A stretch of 31,907 nucleotides of DNA, taken from contig CANQRO010000004.1 of assembly GCA_947626205.1 (NCBI GenBank), positions 1-31,907 on the forward strand, written 5' to 3'. Shown here piece by piece: positions 15,612 through 25,319 of this stretch (the first letter of the stretch is position 1; each line of letters opens with the position of its first letter). The position numbers and the translations under genes are program-made. Below the pieces are notes generated by a model, which saw only the letters and a program-made list of their open reading frames with translations, did no database searches and had not been told where the DNA came from. The DNA is from an uncultured Clostridia bacterium. Its GTDB lineage: Bacteria; Bacillota; Clostridia; TANB77; CAG-508.

Positions 15612-16069
15612 TTTTTATTTTTTGTATATTTATTTTTTATTTGGTCATAATAATGTTATAAGGTTAATATTAGTTGAATCAAGAGTAATTAAGGGTTATT
15701 TAATAGCTTTTAATTATTTGGACAAAGATGTAATGTTGCTCTTTTTTGGGTTATATTATGTCGGCGATAAGAATTTATTTTTTGTATGCAAGCTGTATTT
15801 ATCATTATTTTAATTATTATTTTTTAATTATTATTTTGATTTTCTATATGGTTAAATTATAAATAATGAATTTGAGTTAAGATAGTATTTATATTTCTTA
15901 TTGGTTGTTATTAGTCCTTTTCAGGATGAATATGGTTAATAAAAGTGTATTTGTTGTCGAGCAACTGATTTATTAGTGTGGTGGATTGCTTATTTGTATA
16001 GTAATATGCATTAGGTGAGTAATTATATTAATAGGTTTTAGCTGAAAATTAATATTAGCTTTATCGATT

Positions 16070-16100
16070 AATAGCGTAATACATTTCGTATTACGCTATT
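16070..16100. terminator. Perfect 13-bp hairpin at the gyrB 3' end
   Basis: AATAGCGTAATAC (16070-16082), loop ATTTC, GTATTACGCTATT (16088-16100). A T-run occurs only on the + strand (16106-16111). There is no U-tract on the gyrB strand. Confidence 0.5.
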
Positions 16101-16112
16101 AAATATTTTTTA

Positions 16113-18038
<1,926 letters not shown>

Positions 18039-18067
18039 TCATATGTTGTTTTTATTTTTTTATGATT

Positions 18068-18307
18068 TTAAATCATATTTCTTTTTGCAATCGTGTTTGA
18101 TGAAATATTAGATATATACGCTTTTATTTTATTTTTTTCCTTAGTAATTATAATTGTTTCTGGATTTTTAATGTTAAAATCTATTTTTTCTTCTATATTA
18201 TCAAAAAATTTTTGGAATGTTTCATCATCTTTTAATTTTTCATAATTTAATAAAAATAATATATTTTCCTTTTTTATAATTCTATTATTTCCTATATGCA
18301 AATACAT
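18068..18307 (-). CDS. DUF370 / RemB (YaaB)-like small protein
   Basis: 79 aa. MYLHIGNNRII..ENILFLLNYE at the N-terminus and SNISSNTIAKR at the C-terminus. It occupies the conserved position between recF and gyrB. Confidence 0.7.
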   Translation of the reverse strand: MYLHIGNNRIIKKENILFLLNYEKLKDDETFQKFFDNIEEKIDFNIKNPETIIITKEKNKIKAYISNISSNTIAKRNMI

Positions 18308-18321
18308 ATTATCTCCTTTAA

Positions 18322-19392
18322 TTAAATATTTTCAACATTTCCATTGTTTACTTTATATATATTACACTTTTTTTCTTCTATTGTGAATTCATCTGTACAC
18401 GTTATAATTATTTGTGCATAACTTATATATTTTAGAAAGTTTTCTCTTCTTTTTTTATCTAATTCAGACATAAAATCATCTAATAATAAAACAGGATATT
18501 CACCTATTTCTTCTTTCATAATTTCTAATTCTGTTAATTTTAAAGATAATATTACAGTTCTATTTTGTCCTTGTGATCCATATACATTTACTTGTTTTCC
18601 ATTAATAAATATATAAAAGTCATCTCTGTGAATTCCTTTAGTTGTATATCCTTTCTGTATATCTATTTCTCTTTGTTTCTTCAATTCTTCTTTATATTTT
18701 TCTTTGTTTTCGCAATCACTGATATATTTAATTTTTATATCTTCTTTTTCCTCTGTTATATTTTTATGTATTGATTGTATTTTATTTTTTATTTTTTCAA
18801 TAAATTCATTTCTATATAAATAAACTTGTTCACTATATTCTGCTAATTTTTCATCCCATATTTCTAACATTTCTGGATTTTTATTTTCTATTTTTATTTG
18901 TCTTAAATAATAATTTCTTTGCTCTAAAGTTTTTAAATACATATTTAAATTATAAAGATACTTAGGTCTTATTTGACTTATCATTACATTTAAAAATCTT
19001 CTTCTTTTGGCTGGTCCGCTTTTTAATATTTCTATATCATCTGGACTAAACATTACAATATTTAGATTACCTAATATATCACTTAATTTGTTTTGTTTTA
19101 TATCATTCATATATATTGTTTTTTTATCATTTAGTTCTATTTTTATTTTTCCTTCTCTATCTTGTTTTTTAAATTCCACTTCTAATATTGCATCTTTTTC
19201 ATTTAAGTTAATTAATTCTTTTTCTTTTTTTGTTCTAAATGATTTTCCAAGTGCACAAATGAAAATTGCCTCCAATATATTAGTCTTACCTTGTGCATTA
19301 TCCCCAAAAAATATATTTATGTCTTCACTTAAATCTATATCTTGTTTTTTATAATTTCTAAAATTTATCAGTTTTATATGCTTAATAAACAT
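18322..19392 (-). CDS. recF: DNA replication and repair protein RecF
   Basis: 356 aa. N-terminal LINFRNY, Walker A GDNAQGKTNILEAI, and LLLDDFMSELD. Confidence 0.93.
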   Translation of the reverse strand: MFIKHIKLINFRNYKKQDIDLSEDINIFFGDNAQGKTNILEAIFICALGKSFRTKKEKELINLNEKDAILEVEFKKQDREGKIKIELNDKKTIYMNDIKQNKLSDILGNLNIVMFSPDDIEILKSGPAKRRRFLNVMISQIRPKYLYNLNMYLKTLEQRNYYLRQIKIENKNPEMLEIWDEKLAEYSEQVYLYRNEFIEKIKNKIQSIHKNITEEKEDIKIKYISDCENKEKYKEELKKQREIDIQKGYTTKGIHRDDFYIFINGKQVNVYGSQGQNRTVILSLKLTELEIMKEEIGEYPVLLLDDFMSELDKKRRENFLKYISYAQIIITCTDEFTIEEKKCNIYKVNNGNVENI

Positions 19393-19405
19393 TTTTTTCT
19401 CCTAA

Positions 19406-20521
19406 TTAGTCTTTTAATCTAATTGGTAATATCATATATGTATATTCTCCTTCATCTATCGGTCTAATTACACATGGCGAAATATTAGATCCAAAATCTA
19501 CATATATTTCTTCATCTTCTATTACTTTTAAAGCATCTAAAAAATATTTAGGATTAAATCCTACTTCTAAATTTTTTCCTTCTGTAGATACATATAATTG
19601 TTCTTTAGCATCTCCTGTTTGATTAGTACACGATATAGTTATTTTTCCTATATCTATAAGTATTTTTACAGGATATTTTTTTTCTTTTTCTGTTGATGAT
19701 GCCGAAATCAAACTAATTCTTTCAAAACAATCTTGTAAATTATTTTTATTTATTCTTATTCTTGTTTCCCACTTTTCTGGTATTACATTTGTATAATTTA
19801 AAAATTCACCATCTAGTAATCTTGTAACTATCTTGCAATTATCCATTTCAAACAATGCTTGGTTTTTAGATACTCCTATTCTTATTGGATCGAATGAGTC
19901 TAAAATTATTTTATTTACTTCATTAAGAGTTTTTCCTGGAATAACAGCACTAAAATTATTCGATGTTTCGTTTATATTAGTACTATTCCAAGCTAATCTA
20001 AATCCATCTACAGCCACCACATTCAATTTATTTCCTATTGTTTGAAATAAACATCCTGTAAATATTGGTCTATTTTCTTCTATACTTACTGCAAAAATAG
20101 TTTTTCTAATCATATTTTTTAATAAGTTTTGTTCTATTGTTATTGAATTTTCAACTGTTATTGTTGGTAATTCAGGAAATTCATCTGGGTTCATTGTTGC
20201 AAGTTTATATAAAGAACCTTCACATTCTATTACTAATAAATTATTCTCATTTAATTCTATTTTTATTTCACTATCTGGTAATTTTCTTATTATTTCACTG
20301 AACATTATTGCATTAACAACTGTATTACCTTGTTCTTCTATTGTAGCTTCCATAACATATTCAATTCCTATTTCTAAATCATATGTTGTGAATTTTATTT
20401 CTTTTTCATTTGTTTGAATTAATATTCCTTCTAATACAGGCATTGTTGTTTTTGATGCAACAGCTTTTACTACGGAATTAAGTGCTTTAAGAATTTTATC
20501 CTTTTCACAAATAAATTTCAT
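19406..20521 (-). CDS. dnaN: DNA polymerase III beta sliding clamp
   Basis: 371 aa. MKFICEKDKILKALNSVVKAV..KTTMPVLEGILI and the C-terminal YTYMILPIRL. Conserved synteny with dnaA. Confidence 0.95.
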   Translation of the reverse strand: MKFICEKDKILKALNSVVKAVASKTTMPVLEGILIQTNEKEIKFTTYDLEIGIEYVMEATIEEQGNTVVNAIMFSEIIRKLPDSEIKIELNENNLLVIECEGSLYKLATMNPDEFPELPTITVENSITIEQNLLKNMIRKTIFAVSIEENRPIFTGCLFQTIGNKLNVVAVDGFRLAWNSTNINETSNNFSAVIPGKTLNEVNKIILDSFDPIRIGVSKNQALFEMDNCKIVTRLLDGEFLNYTNVIPEKWETRIRINKNNLQDCFERISLISASSTEKEKKYPVKILIDIGKITISCTNQTGDAKEQLYVSTEGKNLEVGFNPKYFLDALKVIEDEEIYVDFGSNISPCVIRPIDEGEYTYMILPIRLKD

Positions 20522-20556
20522 TTTTGTTTTCTCCTTTATTATATATTTAATATTTT

Positions 20557-20596
20557 TAGTAGTAATAGTAGTATGTAGTGTGGATTTAGTGGAAAA
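20557..20596. promoter_or_regulatory. oriC unwinding module: DnaA-trio array followed by two DnaA-box-like sites
   Basis: TAG TAG TAA TAG TAG TAT (20557-20574), GTAG, TGTGGATTT (20579-20587), AGTGGAAAA (20588-20596). An AT-only tract lies at 20541-20556. More box-like sites sit at 20686-20694 (TGTGTATAA) and 20737-20745 (TGTTGATAA). Confidence 0.6.
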
Positions 20597-20847
20597 CTAA
20601 TTCTATTAATTACTACCGTAAGAAAAACGATGTTGATATTAATGTTTATAAATACGAAAGATATTCACATATTAAAAATTCATCTTGTGTATAAATAACA
20701 TATTAACAAATTATTTACATATTATTAACAACATATTGTTGATAACTAAATAAGTACTTCCGTAAGAAAGATTACACATTTTTTTAAAAACGAATTTTCT
20801 TACAAACAATTATTTTTACTTTTTCCGAAAATTAATATATATATTAA

Positions 20848-22188
20848 TTAGTTTGAATTAAAAATAATGTTTTTCACACTATCCACAATTAATTTTGTAT
20901 TACCATTTTCTTTTACTTCTTTTTCTATTTTTCTACATGCATGCATAACAGTAGTATGATCTCTTTTTCCAAAGCAATCTCCTATTTTAGCAAGTTGCAT
21001 TTGAGCAATATCTCTACAAAGATACATAGCAATTTGTCTTGGGTAAGCTAAATCAGAAGATCGTTTTGAACTTTTTAAATCTTTTATATTTATATTAAAG
21101 TATTTTGCTACTACTTCTTGTATATAATCTGATGATACTAATTGTTCTTTTTGTGAAATTATAACATTAATTGCTGATTCTGCCATTTCCATTGTTAAAG
21201 GGCTATGAGTTAAAGAAGATGTTGCAATCATTTTATTTAGTACACCTTCTAATTCTCTAATATTGGTATCTATTTTTGTAGCAATATTTGAAAGAATCAT
21301 ATCATCAATAGCAATATTATCAGACTGAGCTTTTTTTCTTAAAATTGCTAAACGAGTTTCATAATCAGGGTTTGAAATATCTGCAATTAATCCCCATTCA
21401 AACCTAGATTTCAAACGATCTTCTAATAATTTAATTTCTTTTGGTGGACGATCACTTGATAAAATTATTTGTTTTCCACTTTCATGTAATGTATTAAATG
21501 TATGGAAAAATTCTTCTTGTATTCTTTCCTTTCCTGCTATAAATTGAATATCATCTATAAGTAAAACATCCACATTTCTATAAGTAGTCCTAAATTCTTC
21601 ATTTTTATTATCTTTAATTGCATTAATTAATTGGTTAGTAAATTTTTCTGATGTTACATATAATATTTTTGTAGAAGGATCTCTTTGTAAAATTGCGTTA
21701 CCTATTGCATGCATTAAGTGAGTTTTTCCAAGTCCAACGCCACCATATATAAATAGTGGGTTATATGAACTAGCTGGTGCTTCTGCAACAGCTAAAGCAG
21801 CTGCATGAGCAAAGCGATTGTTGTTACCTACAACAAATGTATCAAAAGTATATTTAGGATTTAAAAATGAACTAGAGTATCCAGAAATAGCATCATTATT
21901 ATTATGAGCATTGTTTGAAATAGAATTATTTGATACATCATCTTTTATACGAACTGCAATTTGACAATCTGAATTAGTAACATATTTAAATGTATTTAAT
22001 ATAAGTTCATAATTACGGTTCATTATTGCATCTTTTTGTAAAACAGAAGTAACTTCTAATACATATGTGTTTCCATCTTTTTCTACAAGTTCTAAATTTT
22101 TAATCCAAGTATCATATGAAATTTTAGTCATTTCATTTAATAATAACTGTTTTACTTCTTGTAAAAGATTTTCTAGCTCATTTTGCAT
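20848..22188 (-). CDS. dnaA: Chromosomal replication initiator DnaA
   Basis: 446 aa. Walker A GGVGLGKTHLMHAIGN, Walker B LLIDDIQF. The C-terminal DNA-binding domain reads ...AYPRQIAMYLCRD...IGDCFGKRDHTTVMHACRKI. Confidence 0.97.
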   Translation of the reverse strand: MQNELENLLQEVKQLLLNEMTKISYDTWIKNLELVEKDGNTYVLEVTSVLQKDAIMNRNYELILNTFKYVTNSDCQIAVRIKDDVSNNSISNNAHNNNDAISGYSSSFLNPKYTFDTFVVGNNNRFAHAAALAVAEAPASSYNPLFIYGGVGLGKTHLMHAIGNAILQRDPSTKILYVTSEKFTNQLINAIKDNKNEEFRTTYRNVDVLLIDDIQFIAGKERIQEEFFHTFNTLHESGKQIILSSDRPPKEIKLLEDRLKSRFEWGLIADISNPDYETRLAILRKKAQSDNIAIDDMILSNIATKIDTNIRELEGVLNKMIATSSLTHSPLTMEMAESAINVIISQKEQLVSSDYIQEVVAKYFNINIKDLKSSKRSSDLAYPRQIAMYLCRDIAQMQLAKIGDCFGKRDHTTVMHACRKIEKEVKENGNTKLIVDSVKNIIFNSN

Positions 22189-22257
22189 TGTTAATTCATT
22201 CCTTCCACATATATTTTTATTGATAAATCAATAATTTGAAAAAAATAAAAAGCAAAC

Positions 22258-22289
22258 TTATCCACAAACTTATCCACAAATGTTGATAA
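22258..22289. promoter_or_regulatory. DnaA-box cluster upstream of dnaA (oriC, upstream part)
   Basis: Perfect TTATCCACA at 22258-22266 and 22270-22278, followed by TGTTGATAA (22281-22289; 1 mismatch to the reverse box). Confidence 0.8.
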
Positions 22290-22401
22290 GTTTTTATTAA
22301 AATGAGTGGAATAAAAGCTTTCTTTTGTATATAAAAAATATTAAAATATTTTTTATTGCTAGCTAATCATATCAAAAAAAATCAAAATTAGTCAATAGCA
22401 T

Positions 22402-22431
22402 TGTGGAAAATTTTTTAAATTTTGTGGATAA
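22402..22431. promoter_or_regulatory. Further DnaA boxes (reverse orientation)
   Basis: TGTGGAAAA (22402-22410; 1 mismatch) and perfect TGTGGATAA (22423-22431). Confidence 0.7.
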
Positions 22432-22567
22432 AGTTTATATAATTATATATTAATGGAAAAAATATATAATTTAATAAAATTTAAATTAATATATTTTAAT
22501 AATTAGAATAATATTTTAATTTCATAAATAATGTACGTAAAAATTGCAAAAAAACTCTTTCCTTGTA

Positions 22568-22597
22568 TTGACAAATACTGTACAAATATTGTATAAT
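22568..22597 (+). promoter_or_regulatory. Sigma-A-type promoter of rpmH
   Basis: TTGACA (22568-22573), 18-nt spacer, TATAAT (22592-22597). Confidence 0.5.
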
Positions 22598-22679
22598 AAC
22601 AATACTTGTTTTGTGTATATTAAAATTTAAGTAAAAAATGAATATATAACTTACGGAATAAAGTATTAGGAGGTGCAAA

Positions 22680-22814
22680 ATGAAAAGAACATTCCAACCT
22701 AAAAAAAGACAAGAACAAAAAGAACATGGTTTTATGAAAAGAATGGAAACAAGAGCAGGTAGAAATGTATTAAAAGCAAGACGTGCTAAAGGAAGAAAAA
22801 AACTAAGCACTTAG
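22680..22814 (+). CDS. rpmH: 50S ribosomal protein L34 (44 aa; too short for the ORF track)
   Basis: AGGAGG at 22668-22673. The translation is [44 protein letters not shown]. Confidence 0.95.
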   Translation: MKRTFQPKKRQEQKEHGFMKRMETRAGRNVLKARRAKGRKKLST

Positions 22815-22823
22815 GTATATTGC

Positions 22824-22852
22824 GAGCCACATTAAAAATTGTGGCTCTTTTG
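22824..22852 (+). terminator. Rho-independent terminator/attenuator between rpmH and rnpA
   Basis: GAGCCACA (22824-22831), 8-nt loop, TGTGGCTC (22840-22847), then TTTTG. Confidence 0.75.
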
Positions 22853-22878
22853 CGATAAATAAGTAGAGTGATAATAAA

Positions 22879-23217
22879 ATGAAGAAAACTTTTAAATTAA
22901 AGAAAAATTATGAATTTAAAAAAGTATTAAATAAAGGTAAATATTTTTCAGGAAAATATATAGATTGCTATATTTCTAAAGGTACAGAAAGTATTAATAA
23001 AATAGGAATTGCTATTGGAGTTAAAATTACAAATGCGGTAAACAGAAATAAAATAAAACGTTTAATTCTAGAGAATTATAGGTTAATGGAAAATGAATTA
23101 AAAATGGGATACCAATTTGTTTTTTTATGGAAAAAGAAAATTAATATAGAAGAAGCTACTTTTGTGCACATTAAGGAGGACTTGGAAATTATTTTTAAAA
23201 AGGCTGGTCTACTTTAA
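22879..23217 (+). CDS. rnpA: Ribonuclease P protein component
   Basis: 112 aa, basic, with the motif [23 protein letters not shown]. Conserved position after rpmH. Confidence 0.9.
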   Translation: MKKTFKLKKNYEFKKVLNKGKYFSGKYIDCYISKGTESINKIGIAIGVKITNAVNRNKIKRLILENYRLMENELKMGYQFVFLWKKKINIEEATFVHIKEDLEIIFKKAGLL

Positions 23218-23219
23218 AT

Positions 23220-23439
23220 ATGAAAAAAATTTGTATATATTTAATCTATTTTTATAAAAAAACAATTTCACCAATTTTTCATCATTTTGGATTTAATTGC
23301 AAATTTTATCCATCGTGTTCTGAATATATGCGGACAAGCAATAGTGAAATATGGCGTTTTAAAAGGCATTTTCTTAGGTATTAAAAGAATTTTAAAGTGT
23401 AATCCTTTTGCAAAAGGAGGATATGATCCTTTAAAATAA
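23220..23439 (+). pseudogene. yidD: Membrane protein insertion efficiency factor YidD, interrupted by an apparent 1-nt insertion
   Basis: Frame 1 (from ATG 23220) reads [36 protein letters not shown]..., then runs out of family pattern and stops at 23382-23384. The +1 frame from about 23338 reads [33 protein letters not shown], the conserved YidD C-terminus. Confidence 0.7.
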
Positions 23440-23454
23440 GTAAGGAGAAATGAT

Positions 23455-24285
23455 ATGATAGCTTTTTTTGCTAATTTATTTGGATATGTTTTAAATTTTT
23501 TATATAATATTATTAATAATTATGGGCTTGCAATTATATTATTTTCAATCATTCTAAAATTAATAATGTTACCGATTTCTTGGAAACAGCAAAAAACAAT
23601 GAAAAAATCAACAGAAATGCAAGTAAAATTACGAGAAATTCAAGATAAATATAAAAATAACCCAGAAAAATTAAACCAAGAGACAATTGAATTGTATAAA
23701 AGGGAAAAAATGAGTCCATTTAGTGGATGCCTTAGTGCGATTATTCAAATAATTATATTATTTTCAGTATTTTATCTTGTTAGAAGTCCATTAACACATA
23801 TGACAAAAGTAGATGCAGAATTAATTAATCAGTATAAAGAGGAAATTTCACAAGAAGAAGAAAATAAAAATAATCCTTATCCCGAAATTGCAATTATTAA
23901 GGAAAAAGGACAAGAAGATCAAAGAGTATATATTAATATGGATTTTCTAGGAATTGACTTAAGCAGTGTTCCAACTCAAAATCTTTCAGATTGGAGAGTG
24001 TATGTAATTCCAGTTTTATATGTTATTACATCTTTTATTTCGATTCGTATGACAACTGCGTTACAAGAAAAGAAAAATAAAGAAAATAATTCTGCAGAGT
24101 CTATGGAGATGGAAGCGGTTATGCAGGCTAATAAGAGTATGAGCTACATTATGCCCATTATGAGTATTTCTATAGCAGTAATTGCACCATTAGGATTAGC
24201 TTTATATTGGCTAGTTAGTAATATATTAATGATCGTTGAAAGGTTAGTTTTAAATAAATTCTTGAAAAATGAGGAGGAAGTGTAA
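23455..24285 (+). CDS. yidC: Membrane protein insertase YidC/SpoIIIJ family
   Basis: 276 aa. GLAIILFSIILKLIMLPISWKQQKTMKK, ...YKREKMSPFSGCL, and the C-terminal LYWLVSNIL. Confidence 0.92.
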   Translation: MIAFFANLFGYVLNFLYNIINNYGLAIILFSIILKLIMLPISWKQQKTMKKSTEMQVKLREIQDKYKNNPEKLNQETIELYKREKMSPFSGCLSAIIQIIILFSVFYLVRSPLTHMTKVDAELINQYKEEISQEEENKNNPYPEIAIIKEKGQEDQRVYINMDFLGIDLSSVPTQNLSDWRVYVIPVLYVITSFISIRMTTALQEKKNKENNSAESMEMEAVMQANKSMSYIMPIMSISIAVIAPLGLALYWLVSNILMIVERLVLNKFLKNEEEV

Positions 24286-24286
24286 A

Positions 24287-24976
24287 ATGGCAGAAAATAT
24301 GATTTTCGAAGGAAAAACAACAACAGAAGCAATTGAAAAAGGATTACATGAGCTTAAATTAACCAAAGAACAAGTTGAAATTAAAGTGTTAGAAAATGAA
24401 GATAAAAGAAGTTTTTTTAGTATTTTGACACCAAGAATTGTAAAAGTACAAATAACTCCAAAACAAATAAAAAGTGTAGATAGACCAAGAAAAGAACACA
24501 AGGAAATATCAGAGAACATAGATTTTGATACAGCACTTAAAAATGTAGAAAAATTTTTAAGTGAATGGATTGGAAAAATTCCTGGTGAAGATGTAAAATA
24601 TGACTTAAAAGTAGAAGAAGGATATTTAAAAATTAATATAGATGGTAAAGATTTAAATTATTTAATTGGACATAGAGGGGAAGTATTAAATCAAATACAA
24701 GTTTTATTATCAGCTATTGCTGGTAAGAATTTAGAATATAAAGTACATGTTATTTTAAATATTTGCGGGTATAAAGAAAAAAGAGAACAATCTTTAGAGG
24801 AATTGGCTGAAAAATTAGAAAAAACTGTAATAAGAACAAGAAAATCTATTACTTTAGAGCCAATGACTGCCTATGAAAGAAAAATTATTCATACAAAGTT
24901 ACAAAATAGCAAAAAAGTAACTACATCAAGTATAGGGGAAGAACCATATAGAAAAGTAGTTATTTCATTAAAATAA
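24287..24976 (+). CDS. jag: Jag/KhpB (SpoIIIJ-associated) RNA-binding protein with KH and R3H domains
   Basis: GAGGAGG SD 9 nt before ATG 24287; the track start at 24269 lies inside yidC. N-terminal Jag domain (FEGKTTTEAIEKGL), GHRGEVLNQIQ (KH) and ERKIIHT (R3H). Confidence 0.88.
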   Translation: MAENMIFEGKTTTEAIEKGLHELKLTKEQVEIKVLENEDKRSFFSILTPRIVKVQITPKQIKSVDRPRKEHKEISENIDFDTALKNVEKFLSEWIGKIPGEDVKYDLKVEEGYLKINIDGKDLNYLIGHRGEVLNQIQVLLSAIAGKNLEYKVHVILNICGYKEKREQSLEELAEKLEKTVIRTRKSITLEPMTAYERKIIHTKLQNSKKVTTSSIGEEPYRKVVISLK

Positions 24977-25291
24977 TTTAATATAAATAATCGGAAGTCA
25001 AAGTTCGGATTATAATTAGTAAGTTTCACTTACTTTGTTATGTATCTGTATTTTGACTTTTCTTATTGTATGAGAAAATAGAACGTTTTATTATAGAACA
25101 TATATTATGGTATGAGATTTGTGAAGTAAAGGAGTAATAATACTACATATAGGTGATTCTGCCAAGTTTCTTACTACTTAATAAAAGTAAAAAATATTAC
25201 TATTTTAAAAAATATATTTATAATAAAAATATTCGATTTTCATTAAAGGTTTATAAGTACCTATAAAACTTAAATATAAATTGTAGGAGGA

Positions 25292-25311
25292 TATGCTATA
25301 AAAATAGCATA
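25292..25311 (+). promoter_or_regulatory. Perfect 8-bp hairpin filling the SD-AUG spacer of mnmE
   Basis: AGGAGG (25285-25290)-A-[TATGCTAT-AAAA-ATAGCATA]-AAATAGAA-ATG (25320). Confidence 0.55.
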
Positions 25312-25319
25312 AAATAGAA

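Noticed and set aside
15622-15813. 63-aa + strand ORF in the gap next to gyrB
   Set aside because: It has a non-ATG start, no SD, and a hydrophobic low-complexity translation. I treated the region as non-coding (see the finding at 15612-16112).
16070-16100. Simple rho-independent terminator for gyrB
   Set aside because: The stem is perfect, but no U-tract follows it on the gyrB (minus) strand. I annotated it as a hairpin of uncertain role and noted that its T-run is on the + strand.
22496-22810. 104-aa minus-strand ORF upstream of dnaA
   Set aside because: It overlaps the rpmH promoter and the clearly recognisable 44-aa L34 gene on the + strand (22680..22814). It has no SD and a low-complexity product.
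25293-25301. Mini-ORF ATG CTA TAA directly after the mnmE SD as a leader peptide
   Set aside because: The ATG is only 2 nt from the SD and lies inside the hairpin arm, so it is unlikely to be an initiation site. I kept it only as an alternative explanation within the hairpin finding.
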